This document shows, one piece after another, positions 51,226-64,000 of a stretch of 64,000 bases of DNA. The DNA is from Lama glama (Eukaryota), in NCBI GenBank assembly GCA_028534125.1, contig CM052832.1:17238001-17302000 (forward strand), written 5' to 3'. The notes below the pieces were generated by a model, which was not told the DNA's origin, searched no databases, and saw only the letters and a list, made by a program, of their open reading frames with translations. Positions within the stretch are counted from its first letter, which is position 1, and each line of letters starts with the position of its first letter. The position numbers and the translations under genes are program-made.

Positions 51226-51585
51226 ACATCACATCTTCTTTATCCATTCATCTGCTGATGGGCAGCTTAGGCTACTTCCATATCTTGGCAATTATAAATA
51301 ATGCTGCTCTGAACATTGAGATGCATGTATCTTTTCAATTTAGTATTTTTGTTTTTTTCATATCTAAACCCAGGAATGGAATTGCTGGGTCATATGGTAG
51401 TTCTAGTTTTAGTTTTATGAGAAACATCCATCCTGTTTTCCACAGTGGCTGCACCAGTTTAAATCATTCCCACCAACAATGTATCAGGGTTCTCTTTTCT
51501 CCACATCCTCACCAATATTTGCTATTTGTGTTCTTTTTGATGATAGCCATTCTGACAGGTGTGAGATGATATCTCATTGTGGTTT
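51030..51585 (-). mobile_element. Antisense L1 fragment lacking a tail, with internal (TG)n
   Basis: ttttagattccacatgtaagtgatatcatacag...gacaggtgtgagatgatatctcattgtggttt. Confidence 0.85.
51171..51222. repeat. (TG)n microsatellite
   Basis: Directly visible. Confidence 0.97.
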
Positions 51586-53460
51586 GTGATAAAATTGCAT
51601 AAAGTTCACGAAACTGGTTTGAAAAGTACAACACAATAAATACAATAATTTCTGTGTTAATCTTTGGGGGAATTTTACCAACTGACCCTTGTTTTAGATT
51701 ACAAATTAAATAGAACATCCTGGTAATGTGGATAGGATTCAATATCATATGTGTTGTAATTATAGCATTCTAAGAAAAGTAGTTTATATACATAAAAAGA
51801 TACTTTAATGTTTTTCAAGTTGAAAAGGGAAGGAGGTGAGAAATTTTTAAAGTTAGATAGTGAGAGACTAGGGTTCTACATGAGATGTCCCAAACAGTAA
51901 AATTTTCGGAAGTGCAAGATGGTTCGAAGAACTAAGCTATGTTTTTGTTCTTGAAAGTTATTTTAGCTCCACGATGCTTCACTCTATGTAGCCCCAATTA
52001 TTTACTGAAAATTCTTTCATATACATGATTCTTGGTTTCTTGGACAGTAGGTTGATGACAAATGAATATCATTGTTTATGTCAAGTTGTACATAAAGAAA
52101 GAATCACAGACACACACAGGAGAAGATGAAGATACCATAATAAATGTAATTGCAAGCCACACAGGAAACTGAGGGGAAGTTTTAGGAAGTGTTTTCCATT
52201 TTAACACTTTAGGAAATAGCATTGAATCAATCATGTCTAAACTTTAAAGGCCCCAAAAACTACAACTGACATTTGAGTTACCATACAAAACTCAGGCTTT
52301 TGCCAAGATTTTACTTTATATTAAATTATCCTTGAGCCTTACTCTACTTTAGCCCAATATGGTGTCAGTTTAAAGTGTTAATACATAGTACACTTATTTC
52401 AGTTGGAGATGGTAGCAATAATATAGGCAACAAAACTATTATTTTATTTAAAACACATGTCTTTATTTGGAAAATATATAAGTTGATTTTCATAATGTAC
52501 ATACCAACCACAAATATTCAAATCAGATCAAGCTTAAAAAGAAAAAAAAACTAACATTTTGCATACAGGTTTTAAAACAAAATTTTCCCAATATATTTTC
52601 ATGTTATTCTTTCAACTACCCGTCAGATTTATCAAGTCATTTTTCAAAGCCTGGTACTCACTCACCTCAGATATTCTGTACTGCTTCTTGGGTTATACAG
52701 GTGTTCCAAGTCCTTATTTCACATAACAATATCTAACGTATAATGATTGTTACTTTAAAGCTGTATAGCACAGCTTTAAAAGATATTTCCACCTCCTTTA
52801 CACTTCTCACTGCCTTGAAAAATAAGAAATATGAAATGCTTACATTTTCTGCGTTATTTCAGAGGCCTTGTTGCTATGATTCATAAAACTTGTTCTCTCA
52901 CTGTTAATAATGGTATAATAAAGAATATAGATCAAAATTCCTCTCAAACATAACTACTTTCAAAAGAGAATAACAGTGTTGGAGAAAGGACTTAAGGTAT
53001 TTCCCTATGTCTTTAATTAAGCCAAAGAAGACAAATTTAATGATGAATTTGGCCTAGAAGGCGAGAAATTAAAAGATTTATTCTAGGTTTCTTAAAATTA
53101 AGAATATCATCTCTCCATAGGAATTATAACCTGCTCTTTTAGCCATTCTTAAAACAATTTCATGTCTCATTTTCAAATAAGAAAAAGATACTCTTTAATT
53201 CAGTTTATGCACTGAAAAAATTTAACATTGATGTTTGCTCTTGATTTCACATAGCTGTTGTCTCCACTAGTGAGTGATTGGTATTTAGGCAGACTGTTTA
53301 ATTCACATTTGCTACCACGAACTCTGTGACCTCCTGAGAGCACAAGATCAATAAGTGCTGATAGAGGGAGTGAATCAAAGAGTGGTTGATGAATGGATGG
53401 TGGAGGAACCATTGGTGAAGAGAGTCTCCATTATATGGTTAATGTCACAAGTATACAGGC

Positions 53461-54393
53461 TCACTCTTGCCCCATTAATCTCTTTACTGCCCCTCTTACA
53501 TCTCTGTTTCTGAGGGTGTAGATTAGAGGGTTGAGGCTAGGTGTGACAACAGTATAAAACAGGGCAATGAACTTGCCTTGATCTTGAGACTTTCCTGATG
53601 ATGGTAGGAGATATATGCACATGGCTGGAATGAAAAAGAGGCATACAACCATAAGATGGGCCCCACATGTGCCAAAGACTTTCTGAAGTCCAGTTGTTGA
53701 CTGCATCCTCAGCACAGCCTGGGCAATGGCACCATAGGAGCTGAGAATGAGGATGAGAGGTATGAGAACAAAAATGGAGCTCATAACCACGAGGGTCAGT
53801 TCATTGGCACGGGTATCAACACATGATAATTGCAGCAGTGCTGGAACTTCACAGAGGAAATGATCCACTTGGCGATGTCCACACAGGGGTACCCAGAAGG
53901 TAAAGATGGAATGAAGTGCCGAGTTGGTAAAACCACTCACCCAACAAGCTACAGCCAACATATGGCAGAAACGAGGGTGCATGAGGACAGTGTAATGCAA
54001 GGGTCTACATACAGCTGCATAACGGTCATAGGACATCACCACCAGTAGCACACATTCTGTGGTTCCCAGTGCAAGGGAAAAGTAAAGTTGAACCATGCAA
54101 CCAGTGTAAGAGATGGTTTTGTCTGGGCCCCAGAGGTTAATTAGCAACTGAGGGATAAAGCTGGTAGAGTAGCAGAGATCCAGAAAAGAGAGGTTTGAGA
54201 GGAAGAAATACATGGGTGTGTGGAGATGGGAGTCCAGTTGTGACAAGATAATGATGAACAGGTTGCCTATCAACGTCATCAGGTAGAACATCAAGACAAC
54301 CACAAAGAGAACTAACTCGAGATGAGGCCAATTAGAAAAACCCAGTAAAACAAAGTAGCCTTCAGAACTTGCATTGTTTTTGTCCATTGTCAT
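53461..54393 (-). CDS. OR2J3: Olfactory receptor, OR2J subfamily (OR2J3/OR2J2-like), copy C; intact, 310 aa
   Basis: Same OR motif set (HFLCE variant); acceptor ttcctcag| ends at 54408. Exact ortholog uncertain. Confidence 0.93.
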   Translation of the reverse strand: MTMDKNNASSEGYFVLLGFSNWPHLELVLFVVVLMFYLMTLIGNLFIIILSQLDSHLHTPMYFFLSNLSFLDLCYSTSFIPQLLINLWGPDKTISYTGCMVQLYFSLALGTTECVLLVVMSYDRYAAVCRPLHYTVLMHPRFCHMLAVACWVSGFTNSALHSIFTFWVPLCGHRQVDHFLCEVPALLQLSCVDTRANELTLVVMSSIFVLIPLILILSSYGAIAQAVLRMQSTTGLQKVFGTCGAHLMVVCLFFIPAMCIYLLPSSGKSQDQGKFIALFYTVVTPSLNPLIYTLRNRDVRGAVKRLMGQE

Positions 54394-54452
54394 TCATTTC
54401 TTGTTACCTGAGGAAAGAACCACATACACTCAAAAAAAAAAAAAGGAAATTC

Positions 54453-55970
54453 AAGGACAAAGCAATCTTGAGAAAAAGAACAAAGGTGTAGGTACAACTC
54501 TCCCAGACTTCAAACTATACTACAAAGCAACAGTAATCAAAACAGCATAGTATTGGCACAGAAACAGACACCTAGATCAATGGAACAGAATAGAGAGCCT
54601 AGAAATAAACCCATGCACCTATAGTCAATTAATTTACAACAAAGGAGGCAAGAATATACGATGGAGAAAAGACAGCCTCTTCAATAAGTGTTGCTGGGAA
54701 TACTGCACAGCTACATGTAAAACAATGAGATTAGAACATTTAATCACACCATATACAAAAATAAACTCAAAATGGGTTAAAGACCTAAATGCAACAAAAG
54801 AAATCATAAAACTCCTAGAATACAATGTGGGCAGAACACTCTTTGACATATCTAATGGAAATATTTTCTTAGATCAGTTTCCTAAGGCAGAAGAAATAAA
54901 AATAAAAATAAGCAAATGGAACGCCAGAAACTTAAAAGCTTTTGCACAGCAAAGGAAACCACAGACAAAATGAAAAGACAGCCTACAGAACAGGAGAAAA
55001 TATTCACAAATGATGTGACCCACAAGGGGTTAATATTCAAAATATACAAACAGTTCATACAACTCCACATTAAAAAAATAAAACAACCCAATCAAAAAAT
55101 GGGTAGAAGACCTAATGAGACATTTTTCCAAAGATATACAGATGGCTAACAAGCACATAAAAAGATGCTCAACATCACTAATTATTAGAGAAATGCAAAT
55201 GAAATCAACAATGAGATATCACATTACATCTGTCACAATGTCATCAAAAAGTCTACAAATAACAAAAGTTAGAGAGGATGTAGAGAAAAGGGAACTCTTG
55301 TACTGTTAATGGGAATTAAATTATTGCAACCACTGTGGAAAATAGTATGGAGGTGCCTCATAAAACTAGAAATAGAACTACCATACAATCCAGCAATTCT
55401 ACTCCAGGATATATATCTGGAAAAAATGAAAACAAACGCACCTCAGTGTTCATAAAAGTACTACTACTTACAATAGCCAAGACATGGGAACAACCCAAGT
55501 GCCCATCAATAAATGATTGGATTAAGATGTGGTGTAGATATACAATAGAATATTACCCAGTCATAAAAAAGAACAAAATACTGCCATTTGCAGATGGCCC
55601 TAGAGAATATTATACCTAGTGAAATAAGTCAGAGAAAGAAAAGTATTGTATATTACTCATGTGAAATCTAAAAATTAATACAAATTAATGTATTGCAAAA
55701 AAGAAATAGACTCACAAATATAGAAAACAAATTTGTGGTTACCAAAGAGGAAAGGGAAGGGAGGAGGGACAAATTAGGGGTATGAGATTAACAGATAAAA
55801 ACTACTATGTATAAAATAGATTAGCAGCAAGGATTTACTTGGTAGCCACTGGGAATTATAGTCATTATCTTAAGTAACCTATAATGGAGTACAGTCTTCA
55901 AAAATAATGGATCACTATGCTGTACACCTGAAACAAACATAACATTGTAAGTCAACTATACTTCAATAAA
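54453..55970 (+). mobile_element. 5'-truncated L1 in the intron of OR2J copy C
   Basis: ORF2 peptides ([25 protein letters not shown]) and 3'UTR ending cttcaataaa; imperfect TSD aaag(g)aaattc; absent from copies A and B. Confidence 0.92.
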
Positions 55971-58368
55971 GAAGAAAGAAATTCTCCAAGAACTATAGGG
56001 GCACATGAGAAAGAAACAGAAGCCATTTTGAAGGTCCTACTACTGTTCAATTCTAAGACAATTTGGGCATTAAGAGAAACTATGATACTAGTGAACTGAA
56101 AGAAATAAGAATCCACACTCATTCTGATAAATTTAAAAAGAATACATAAATAAATAAATAATGAAGAGAAAGCTACTCCTTTCAACAGGATCCTAATTAA
56201 TAAATATAGAAGAAATAGTGGAGTTAGAAAAACATAAATAGATGCTAAAAACTAATGAATGAAAATACGATGAGAAATAGGATATTTACATAGTTTAAAA
56301 TATCTCCCCTCAAATTACTTGCTAACTACAAAATGAAAAGTAGTACACTTTACAATAGAAAAACGTGTTGGACATCACCAAAACCAAGTAATCAATGTTA
56401 ACATCATCAGTATTAAGACAAACCAACATCCTATGACTACTGACATGACGCTCTGAACAGAACTAAATGTCACCTCAGTCATATTCATGCCAAAAATACA
56501 CAGCTTGACTTTAAAAATGAGGAAATATGAGGCAAACTCTCACTGAGACAAGTTGGACAAAATAGCTGGCCTACACTTTTCAAGAATATTGAATTCAATG
56601 ACTGCAAATTAAAAGCTGAGGAATTGGTACAGATTAAAGGAAGTCAAAAAGACATGATCTAAATGTGGGATTCTGGACTGGGGAAAAATAGCTGTTAACA
56701 CTATTGAGACAATTGGAGAAATATGAATATGAACCAGGGTTAGATAGTAATATTATATTCATATTAAATTTTCTTATTAACTATAAACTGGTTGTGTAAA
56801 ATAATGTCTCTGTTCTTAGAGGAAAAAAGCACAAGTATTTAGCAGCAAAAGGACAGGATATTTCCAAATTAGTCTCAAATGGTCCAGAAAAAGATTGCAT
56901 AGACAGACAATACATAATGTTAGATAGATCACAGACAGATACCTATACAGACGACTGATAGATAGCTAGATAGATACACAGAAACATAGATGATACATAC
57001 ATGAAGAGATAGGCACATAAGTAGTTGATAGATAATAGGATAAATATTTCAGTAAATACTTATTTACAGTAAATAGTAAACTATTGCTGAATTTGGTTTA
57101 AAAAGCTAATGGCAATTCTTTGTACTACCTTTGCAACTTCTCTGTCAATTTGACATTTTATCAGGTTAAAAATTTATAAAAAGTAAATATAAGGCTTTTT
57201 TTCACTTCGTAGTTCATCCAAATATTTTCCCTATTACAGAAAATAACTTCTTAACTCTTGAATTCTTCTCACTCACCCGACGGTGACATTTGAGTAAATA
57301 GTAACTTGAAAAGTTTCTAACATAGCTACAGAAGATTTCCGTGGAACAAATAATCTTTCAGCAAACAAATAGCTTTAGTTTTCTTTTGAGCATTTCCATT
57401 TATGTGGTTATATAAAAATTTGCAATCCAAATAATTTTATGTATAGATAAAAAGATATGATGAAAAATATCAAATTTATTTATGATCACAAAGTATTTAC
57501 ATTGGGTTAAAAATGAGCTCAAATTAAATATTCTTATAAAAAGAACCTTATCTTCTGATTTGTTTACTTACACTCACAGCTTATTTCTAAACTGAAAACT
57601 AAAACAAATAGGGACACAAAAAAAGAGACACACAGACACGCACAACAACTTACAGGTTCTCACAATATGAACAAAGCTAAAAATCTTAGTTCACATGAAT
57701 AGGTCTGTGAAATACATGGGCAGAACAGTGACAGAATGCATCCTAAATAACATGTGAACATAAATGATTTGAAAATAGAAATTTTTCAGGAAAAGGAATA
57801 TATAAATTCAGAGAAAGCAAAGAAGCAAAGAATGGTGTAAGTATGAAGGAAAATGGAGGGTAATGTGACTAGTGATGCTTAAACTTGAAAGTGTGTACAT
57901 GTATATCACAGGCTGAGAAATCCAAACACAGGGCCTGAAGTAATCTTCTACATTATTTCTTTTTCTCTAAAACAATAACTGAGACAATATTTAAATTTTG
58001 AACATAATTTATAATATATATATATATTTATTCTCCAACTTAGAGAATTCCAAGTATTTTCTGAAATCATTAAATAGCTGCTTGTCAGTTAATGTATTGT
58101 TCCTAGAGAATCTTGTTTCTTTTCTGTTAAAAAAATAAAGTACGTTTCATAAATAAATTATAACTCTTAAGTGATTCTTTTCTTCTCTCATAGGTAAGAT
58201 TAAGGCTGCCTTTTGTTGTATAGTTATTGTGACAAGGCACAGTAACCAGCATCTAAGTATCCTTCCCTCTCTATGAATGCTTTTGCCTCATTCAGTGTTG
58301 CCGCATCACTTCTGCTTCCCTCCTTCCACAGTGAATTTTTCCTCACACACTTCCTAACAAGCTATAGC

Positions 58369-58384
58369 AAAAAAAGAGACAGAA

Positions 58385-58417
<33 letters not shown>

Positions 58418-58460
58418 AGAAAGAAAAAAATAGAAAAGAAAAAGAAAAAAGAAAAAGAAA
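58369..58460. repeat. (GA)n/(GAAA)n purine microsatellite
   Basis: Directly visible; absent at the paralogous site ~46785. Confidence 0.9.
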
Positions 58461-59297
58461 TCACAGCAGATTCACCTGTGGTTACCTCTTGGGGTGGTCT
58501 CTTAATTGTTCACGTTTTATAAGTACAATTCTTGAAAAAGCTGTTAGCAGTAGATAAGTGGTTGAGTTTCAGCAGGAAAGTTAGAAACAGTTTTGCCCCA
58601 AGGCTGTAAAACTAATTCAGGACTTAAAACTCTGAATCATTAACTAAGTACACTAATCTAGACTAGTTTCTACAGCTCAGAAATCATACAGGATAATCAG
58701 ACAGTACACTGAAAAAATGGGATTTTTTGCAATTAAACCAAAGTTTAATATAAATAATTATTAAGCTATGGAAGGAGAGTAACTATAAAAATATAACTAG
58801 AACTCTAAATGGTATCTTGGAACAAGGGACAGTATACAAGAAAGGGGCACTTCCTGCCCAAGGCTAGCATTCAGACCTCACCAAAGAAGCTGTGGTTGAG
58901 CCTACGGGACAGTGAAGAAGTATACCAAAAAACAGCAATGGTTAAGTAGTAAATTATAAAGATTATTTCACTCAGAAGTCACTGCCATTTGCGAGATGAT
59001 GGGAAAATTCCAAGTTTTTTTTAATATTTCCCTAGAATAGGAGATAGTACATCATGAGAAATATAAGCCCAAATGCTGTCGTTTTTTCTTCTGATGCAGA
59101 TATAATTTTCTTCTTCCTCATACAGTTGCCTGAGTAACTAAGTGCATTAATCAAAACAAAGCAGCAGCTGTGAGATATATTTATATCTTGCATGACCCAC
59201 CCTTCAGCATTCTTATAAAAGTTAGAAAGGAATATGAGATGAGATTTAAAAAAAACATGGATGTAAGTAAAGGTACGAACTTCGTGGTTAAATTTCT

Positions 59298-60160
59298 TCT
59301 TACCAGAGGAGAGGAAAATAAAGATCTCATCAAAGGATGTTTTCACGGGCTATGGAATGAAATACCTTCTTCTCTTTTTTTAAACAAGACATTATGGAGG
59401 AAATGGTGGACACGACTCTCTTTTCCCATCGACCTATCACTGGCCAAGTTATTTTTTTCTTATATTAGTCCTTTAACATGTTTACTTAGTGCTCAAGTAG
59501 TATTCAAACAACTCCTTCCCCTTCTGTCCTTCCTGTGTCTGTCCACATTTCCTGTATTTGTCTACCCAACCTATGCCCTCTTTATGTGTGGACCCATCTG
59601 ATCTCTGTTTTTCACCTCCTTGAAATCACCACCATAAATGGCTGCCTACACCATACATCTAATTTACTACATCAAAATAGTAAAGGCAAGCAGAGTCTGA
59701 AAATTACTATGATTATCATTGCTACACAAGACACAGTCCAGAGTCTACTAAAATAGATTTGGTTTTAGCCAGAAGGAAGAACTAATTAGAGCATTGAGTG
59801 TGTCAGGGATGGATACCTTTTCCTAGAGCAAATGAAGACTTCATGGAAACAGAAGAACACTCTGATTTGTTTTCCTTGACTGAGGCCACTGGGAGAGTAA
59901 ATCCCAAAGTGGCAATTAATGCCCTTCAAGGAGTTGTCCTAGTTAGAACAGTTTCTGAGGAATACGTTCAAGATGACGCCACACTGTTGTACTAGGATAA
60001 CAATGACTCTATAGACCCACCATCCCTGATAACCATGCTTTAAGCTGTGTTTATGGGGAAGGGAATGAGTGGTCCTGAAATTTCTTCTCCAATTCCTCAT
60101 CACGCTAAAGACCAAATTTGAAGGATAACTTGTCAGAGGTAGTCTCATATGGGGGGGCAT
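59298..60160 (-). promoter_or_regulatory. Putative OR2J promoter and 5'UTR exon, copy C
   Basis: Conserved block; caattaatg at 59913-59921; minus-strand donor ctg|gtaaga (intron starts 59303). Confidence 0.5.
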
Positions 60161-61373
60161 GAAACATGTTTTAATGGAATACATAAAGATTAAACTATAC
60201 ATCTTTGCCTTATTAATTTGAGTTGTCTCTGCCTGACATCTCTAAACTTTAAGACCAAGTTTAGCCCCACAAAAGTACTGAAAATAATTTTTGAAGACCA
60301 CTCAAACTATAACTCAGATGGTAACTACCAAAACTCAGAAACATAACAAAACTATTTAATATTTTTAAAACATTTTCATCAGTATTTTCCCTTGGTGCCT
60401 TGTCAGGAGTTTTGCAATAATATATAAACAAATGAAATTAGCTGTGATTGTTAGACTATATCTAGTAACTGACTTGTTACTGTAAAAAAAAAAAAGTATA
60501 TCATGAGTTTATGAATTAATAAACACTTTTAAAGTATTATATTGTTTCTAGTTAGCTAATATATTCCATCTGTAAAAAGAAAATCTTGGTTTAGAAATCA
60601 TTTATTATAATAATAAAATATTTTTTAAAATTTAAGAGAGCAATTGTGTATTTTTCTTTCTACTTAAGAGGTGTACCATATAATAGTCTATGTTTCAGTT
60701 GTCTTAATTTTTGTGAGAACTCAATAAGAGTTTCCACAGTGCTTAGTACATAATTATTCAATACATGTTAGCTACTATTACCATTAGAGTGAATTTTAAT
60801 TTGAACTCATATTTTAATAAATAATTCTAATTATTCTTTATTTTAGATTTTTTTAAATATTACAAATAAAATAGCTATTATCCCACAACTCAGAATCAAA
60901 TAGCTCCATGTACTATATATATATATTCCCTGGTTTAGTATAATAAAGATAGTTCTGGGACTGACAGATCAAAAAGGCCCTTAAGAGGGCAAGTAATGAG
61001 ATGCTTACCCATTTCACGACCATAGTATTCCTTAGTTGTCCCTCATGCCTACTTTCAGCGAATCTAAATCACCCACTGATCAATAAGATACTCTAGTTCT
61101 GGAGTTTACAATGACCCGCACTTGTAACAAATTTGTCTTTACTATAAACACTAGATTATTCTGCTTTGACTCTGCTCTCAAGAGAAATTCATTAAACTTG
61201 TGTGAGTAGGTTAATAGGATAATAGGTAAGCTATAGAGAAGATAGAAATTATGTATAATAGTCATGTATTTCTAGATTTATATGAAGTTATCACTTTAAC
61301 TGGAAGCTCTATTCTCTCATATCTGTTTTTCTTGTTATTCTTTTACGATAGCACCCACTGTGCAATTCCCTTC

Positions 61374-63990
61374 AGTCAAAGAAGAAATCACAAAGAAAAT
61401 TAGAAATTCTTTGAAACAAAATGAAATTTAAAATGCAAAATATCGAAATGTGTGAGATGCAGCTAAATTGGTGCTTAGAAGAAAATTTATAGCTTTAAAT
61501 GCTTATGTTTAAAGCAAAGGGGAATGATCTAATATCAATGATCTAAGCTTCTACCTTAAAAGGCTAAAAAGGAAGATGAAATAAACTAAAAGCTAGCACA
61601 AGAAAGGAAATAGCAAATATAAAAGCAGATCTATAAAATGTAAAACAAAATTATTAAAAATAACATATGAAAACTAAAGTTATTACTTTGAAAAGATCAA
61701 ACACTGACAAATCTCTACCCAGACTGATTAAAAAAAAAGTGGGGGAGATATAAACTACTATATTAGAAATATAAGTGGAGTCAGTATGACTCCTACAAAT
61801 ATTAAAAGGTAATAAAGGAACATTATAAATAATAAATTTGACAACTAGGGTGAAATTGGCAGATTCACTGAAAGATACAAATAACCAAAAGAAATTCTAA
61901 AAGAAATAGAAAGTCTTAATGCTTTTATACCAATGAAGGTAATTGAATTTTTAATTAAAAATGTTCCCACAAAGAGAACTACAGGCTTATATGTCTACAC
62001 TGGTATTCTATTAAACATTAAAGAAGAAATAATACCAATGCTAAATAAACTCTTACAGAAATTAGAGGAGAAAGGAACATTTCCCAAGTCATGTAATGAA
62101 GCCAGCATTAAGTTGATACAGAAACTAGACAAAGACATCACAAGAAAAGAAAAATACTGCTTAATATCACTCAAGATTATAGACAAAAAACTCTAACAAA
62201 AAAAAAGTGATTAGCAAATGAAATCCAGAATGACTCTAAAAGGATAATAAATTATGATCAAGGGATTTTTCCCCCCAGGAGGCAAAGTTAGTTTAACCTA
62301 TGAAAATTAACTAGTGAAATTCACCATATTAACAGAATAAAGAAGAAAAGCAATTAAATCACCTCAAGAAATGCTGGGAAAGCGTTGGACAAAATTTTAC
62401 ACCCTTTCATGATAAACACCCTCAGCAAACCACAAAGAGAATGAAACTTCCCAAACCTGATGGAAGACACCAATTAAAAACCAGCTAATATTATACTCCT
62501 TGGTAAAAGACAATACTTTCCACTTAAGACAGAGAATAAGGCAATGATTTCACCTCCCAGTTTTCCCATTCAACATTAACCTTGAAATCATAGCCAGTGC
62601 AACAGAGTAGATAGCGATACAATAGGAATAACAGGTGGAGAGGTAGAAATAAAAGGTTTTATTTGTAAATGACATGATTGTGCACTCAGAAAATCCTAAG
62701 AAATCTATTAAAAGTCTACCAGAAATAAAATATGCATTAGCACGGTCACAGGGTACAAGGGCAATATACAAAAATCAATTGTATTTCTATGCCATTTACA
62801 ATGGCACTCAAAAACGTTAAATACTTAGGGATGAATTTAGCAAAATATATACAAGATCAGTGCTCTGAGAGAAATTAAAAAGATGTAAATAAATGGAAAT
62901 ACATATATGGAGATATATACCGTATTCCTGACTCAGAAGACTCCATAATGGTCTATAAATTCAATGCAATCACAATCAAAATGCCAATCACACTTTTCTG
63001 TAGAAACAATACATTATATTTCATTAAAGTTACAAAAGTGTTCTTTTAAAAATACTATTAGAAAATAAAAAGTATACTACAAGATAGAAGAAAGTATTTA
63101 TAAAACATTTACCTAACAAAGGACTTAAGTCAAGAATATATAAATAACACTTAAAACTCAATAATAAGGTGAATGACCCAATAAAAATGGGTAAAATACT
63201 TGAACAGAAACTTCACAATATAAGCACACAAAAAGATAGTCAACATCATAGTTCTCAAGGAAATGCAAATTAAAACCACAATGAGATATAACTAATAAAC
63301 CCACTTGAAAGACTGAAAGCATAAAGATTGACAATACCAAGTGTTGTAGAAAATGTGGGCAATTGGATCTCTCATACACTGTCCTTTAGAGTGAAAATGG
63401 TATAGCTACTTTGAAAACATTTTGACAGTTTCTAATAAAGGTAAACATATACTTAGTTTATGATTCATCAATCCCACTGCTAGGCATTTACCTAAGTTAA
63501 ATGAAAACACTTGATCACACAAACAATGTATATCAATTTTTATAACAGTATTATTCATAATAGCCAAAAAGTAAATAATTCCAAAAGCCCATTATCAGAT
63601 AAATGGATATACTGTGCCATATTCATTCAGTGGAATTCTAACCAGCAATTAAAAGGAGGGATGCATGTATAAATTTCAAAAAATATCATGCTAAGTGAAA
63701 GAAACCAAACTCAAAGATTACACACTGTATGATTACATTTACATGAAATTCTTTTTTATTTAAAAAAGGCAAAACTATTATGACAAAATGAATGGTTGCT
63801 TGAGGCTGTGGGTAAAGAGAGAACTAACTGCAAAAGAACAGAGTTCCTTGAGGAGCGATGGAAATGTTCTATATCTCGATTTTGGTGATAATTATACAAT
63901 TGCACATTTGTAAAAATTCATTGAACTGTACATTTTAAATGGATGGATTTTATTACATGTAAATTATACTTCAATAGGCCTGGAAAAAGA
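61374..63990 (+). mobile_element. Old degenerate L1 (L1MB-like) ORF2 and 3'UTR
   Basis: Peptide KEEIIPMLNKLLQKLEEKGTFPKSCNEASIKLI; 3'UTR gatggaaatgttctatatctcgat...aattatacttcaata. Confidence 0.85.
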
Positions 63991-64000
63991 GGGAGCCATT

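Noticed and set aside
59170..59601. 143-aa ORF upstream of OR2J copy C
   Set aside because: Non-ATG start, broken in the B paralog, and no recognisable domain.
1..60890. Units A, B and C as false haplotype duplications from assembly
   Set aside because: The flanks are too diverged and carry many private old insertions and deletions.
60930..61370. Unique-looking segment after unit C
   Set aside because: No ORF, motif or repeat identity I can support without a database search.
1..64000. Intact L1, CRISPR array, rRNA or H-element-type enhancer core
   Set aside because: All L1 pieces are truncated and stop-ridden; no spaced direct-repeat array or rRNA is visible; I did not see an exact AACTTTTTAATGA core by eye (not an exhaustive search).

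Overview
AT-rich mammalian genomic DNA containing an olfactory receptor (OR) cluster. It is most likely camelid, judged from a Vic-1-like tRNA-derived SINE and young lineage-type L1 3' ends. The gene set matches the MHC-linked (extended class I) OR cluster. There are five OR coding exons: three intact minus-strand OR2J paralogs (10871-11803, 43709-44641, 53461-54393; copies A, B, C), an intact plus-strand OR2N1-like gene (33636-34574), and a plus-strand family-10 (Or10al/OR10C1-like) gene (20272-21646) split by a 500-N assembly gap. The window is built from old segmental duplicates (unit A ~1-14250, unit B ~30360-49170, unit C ~49500-60890) filled with L1, MIR/L2, MaLR and ERV1 debris. Comparing the duplicates gives the best signals: an orphan OR promoter plus non-coding exon with no coding exon, mosaic gene conversion among the OR2J copies, loss of the splice acceptor in copy B, replacement of copy B's candidate poly(A) signal by an L1 tail, and a conserved overlapping uORF matching the recalled human OR2J3 N-terminus. 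No prokaryotic-type system and no clearly new gene family is evident. Subfamily names, human comparisons and identity estimates come from memory or by-eye comparison and need alignment to confirm.
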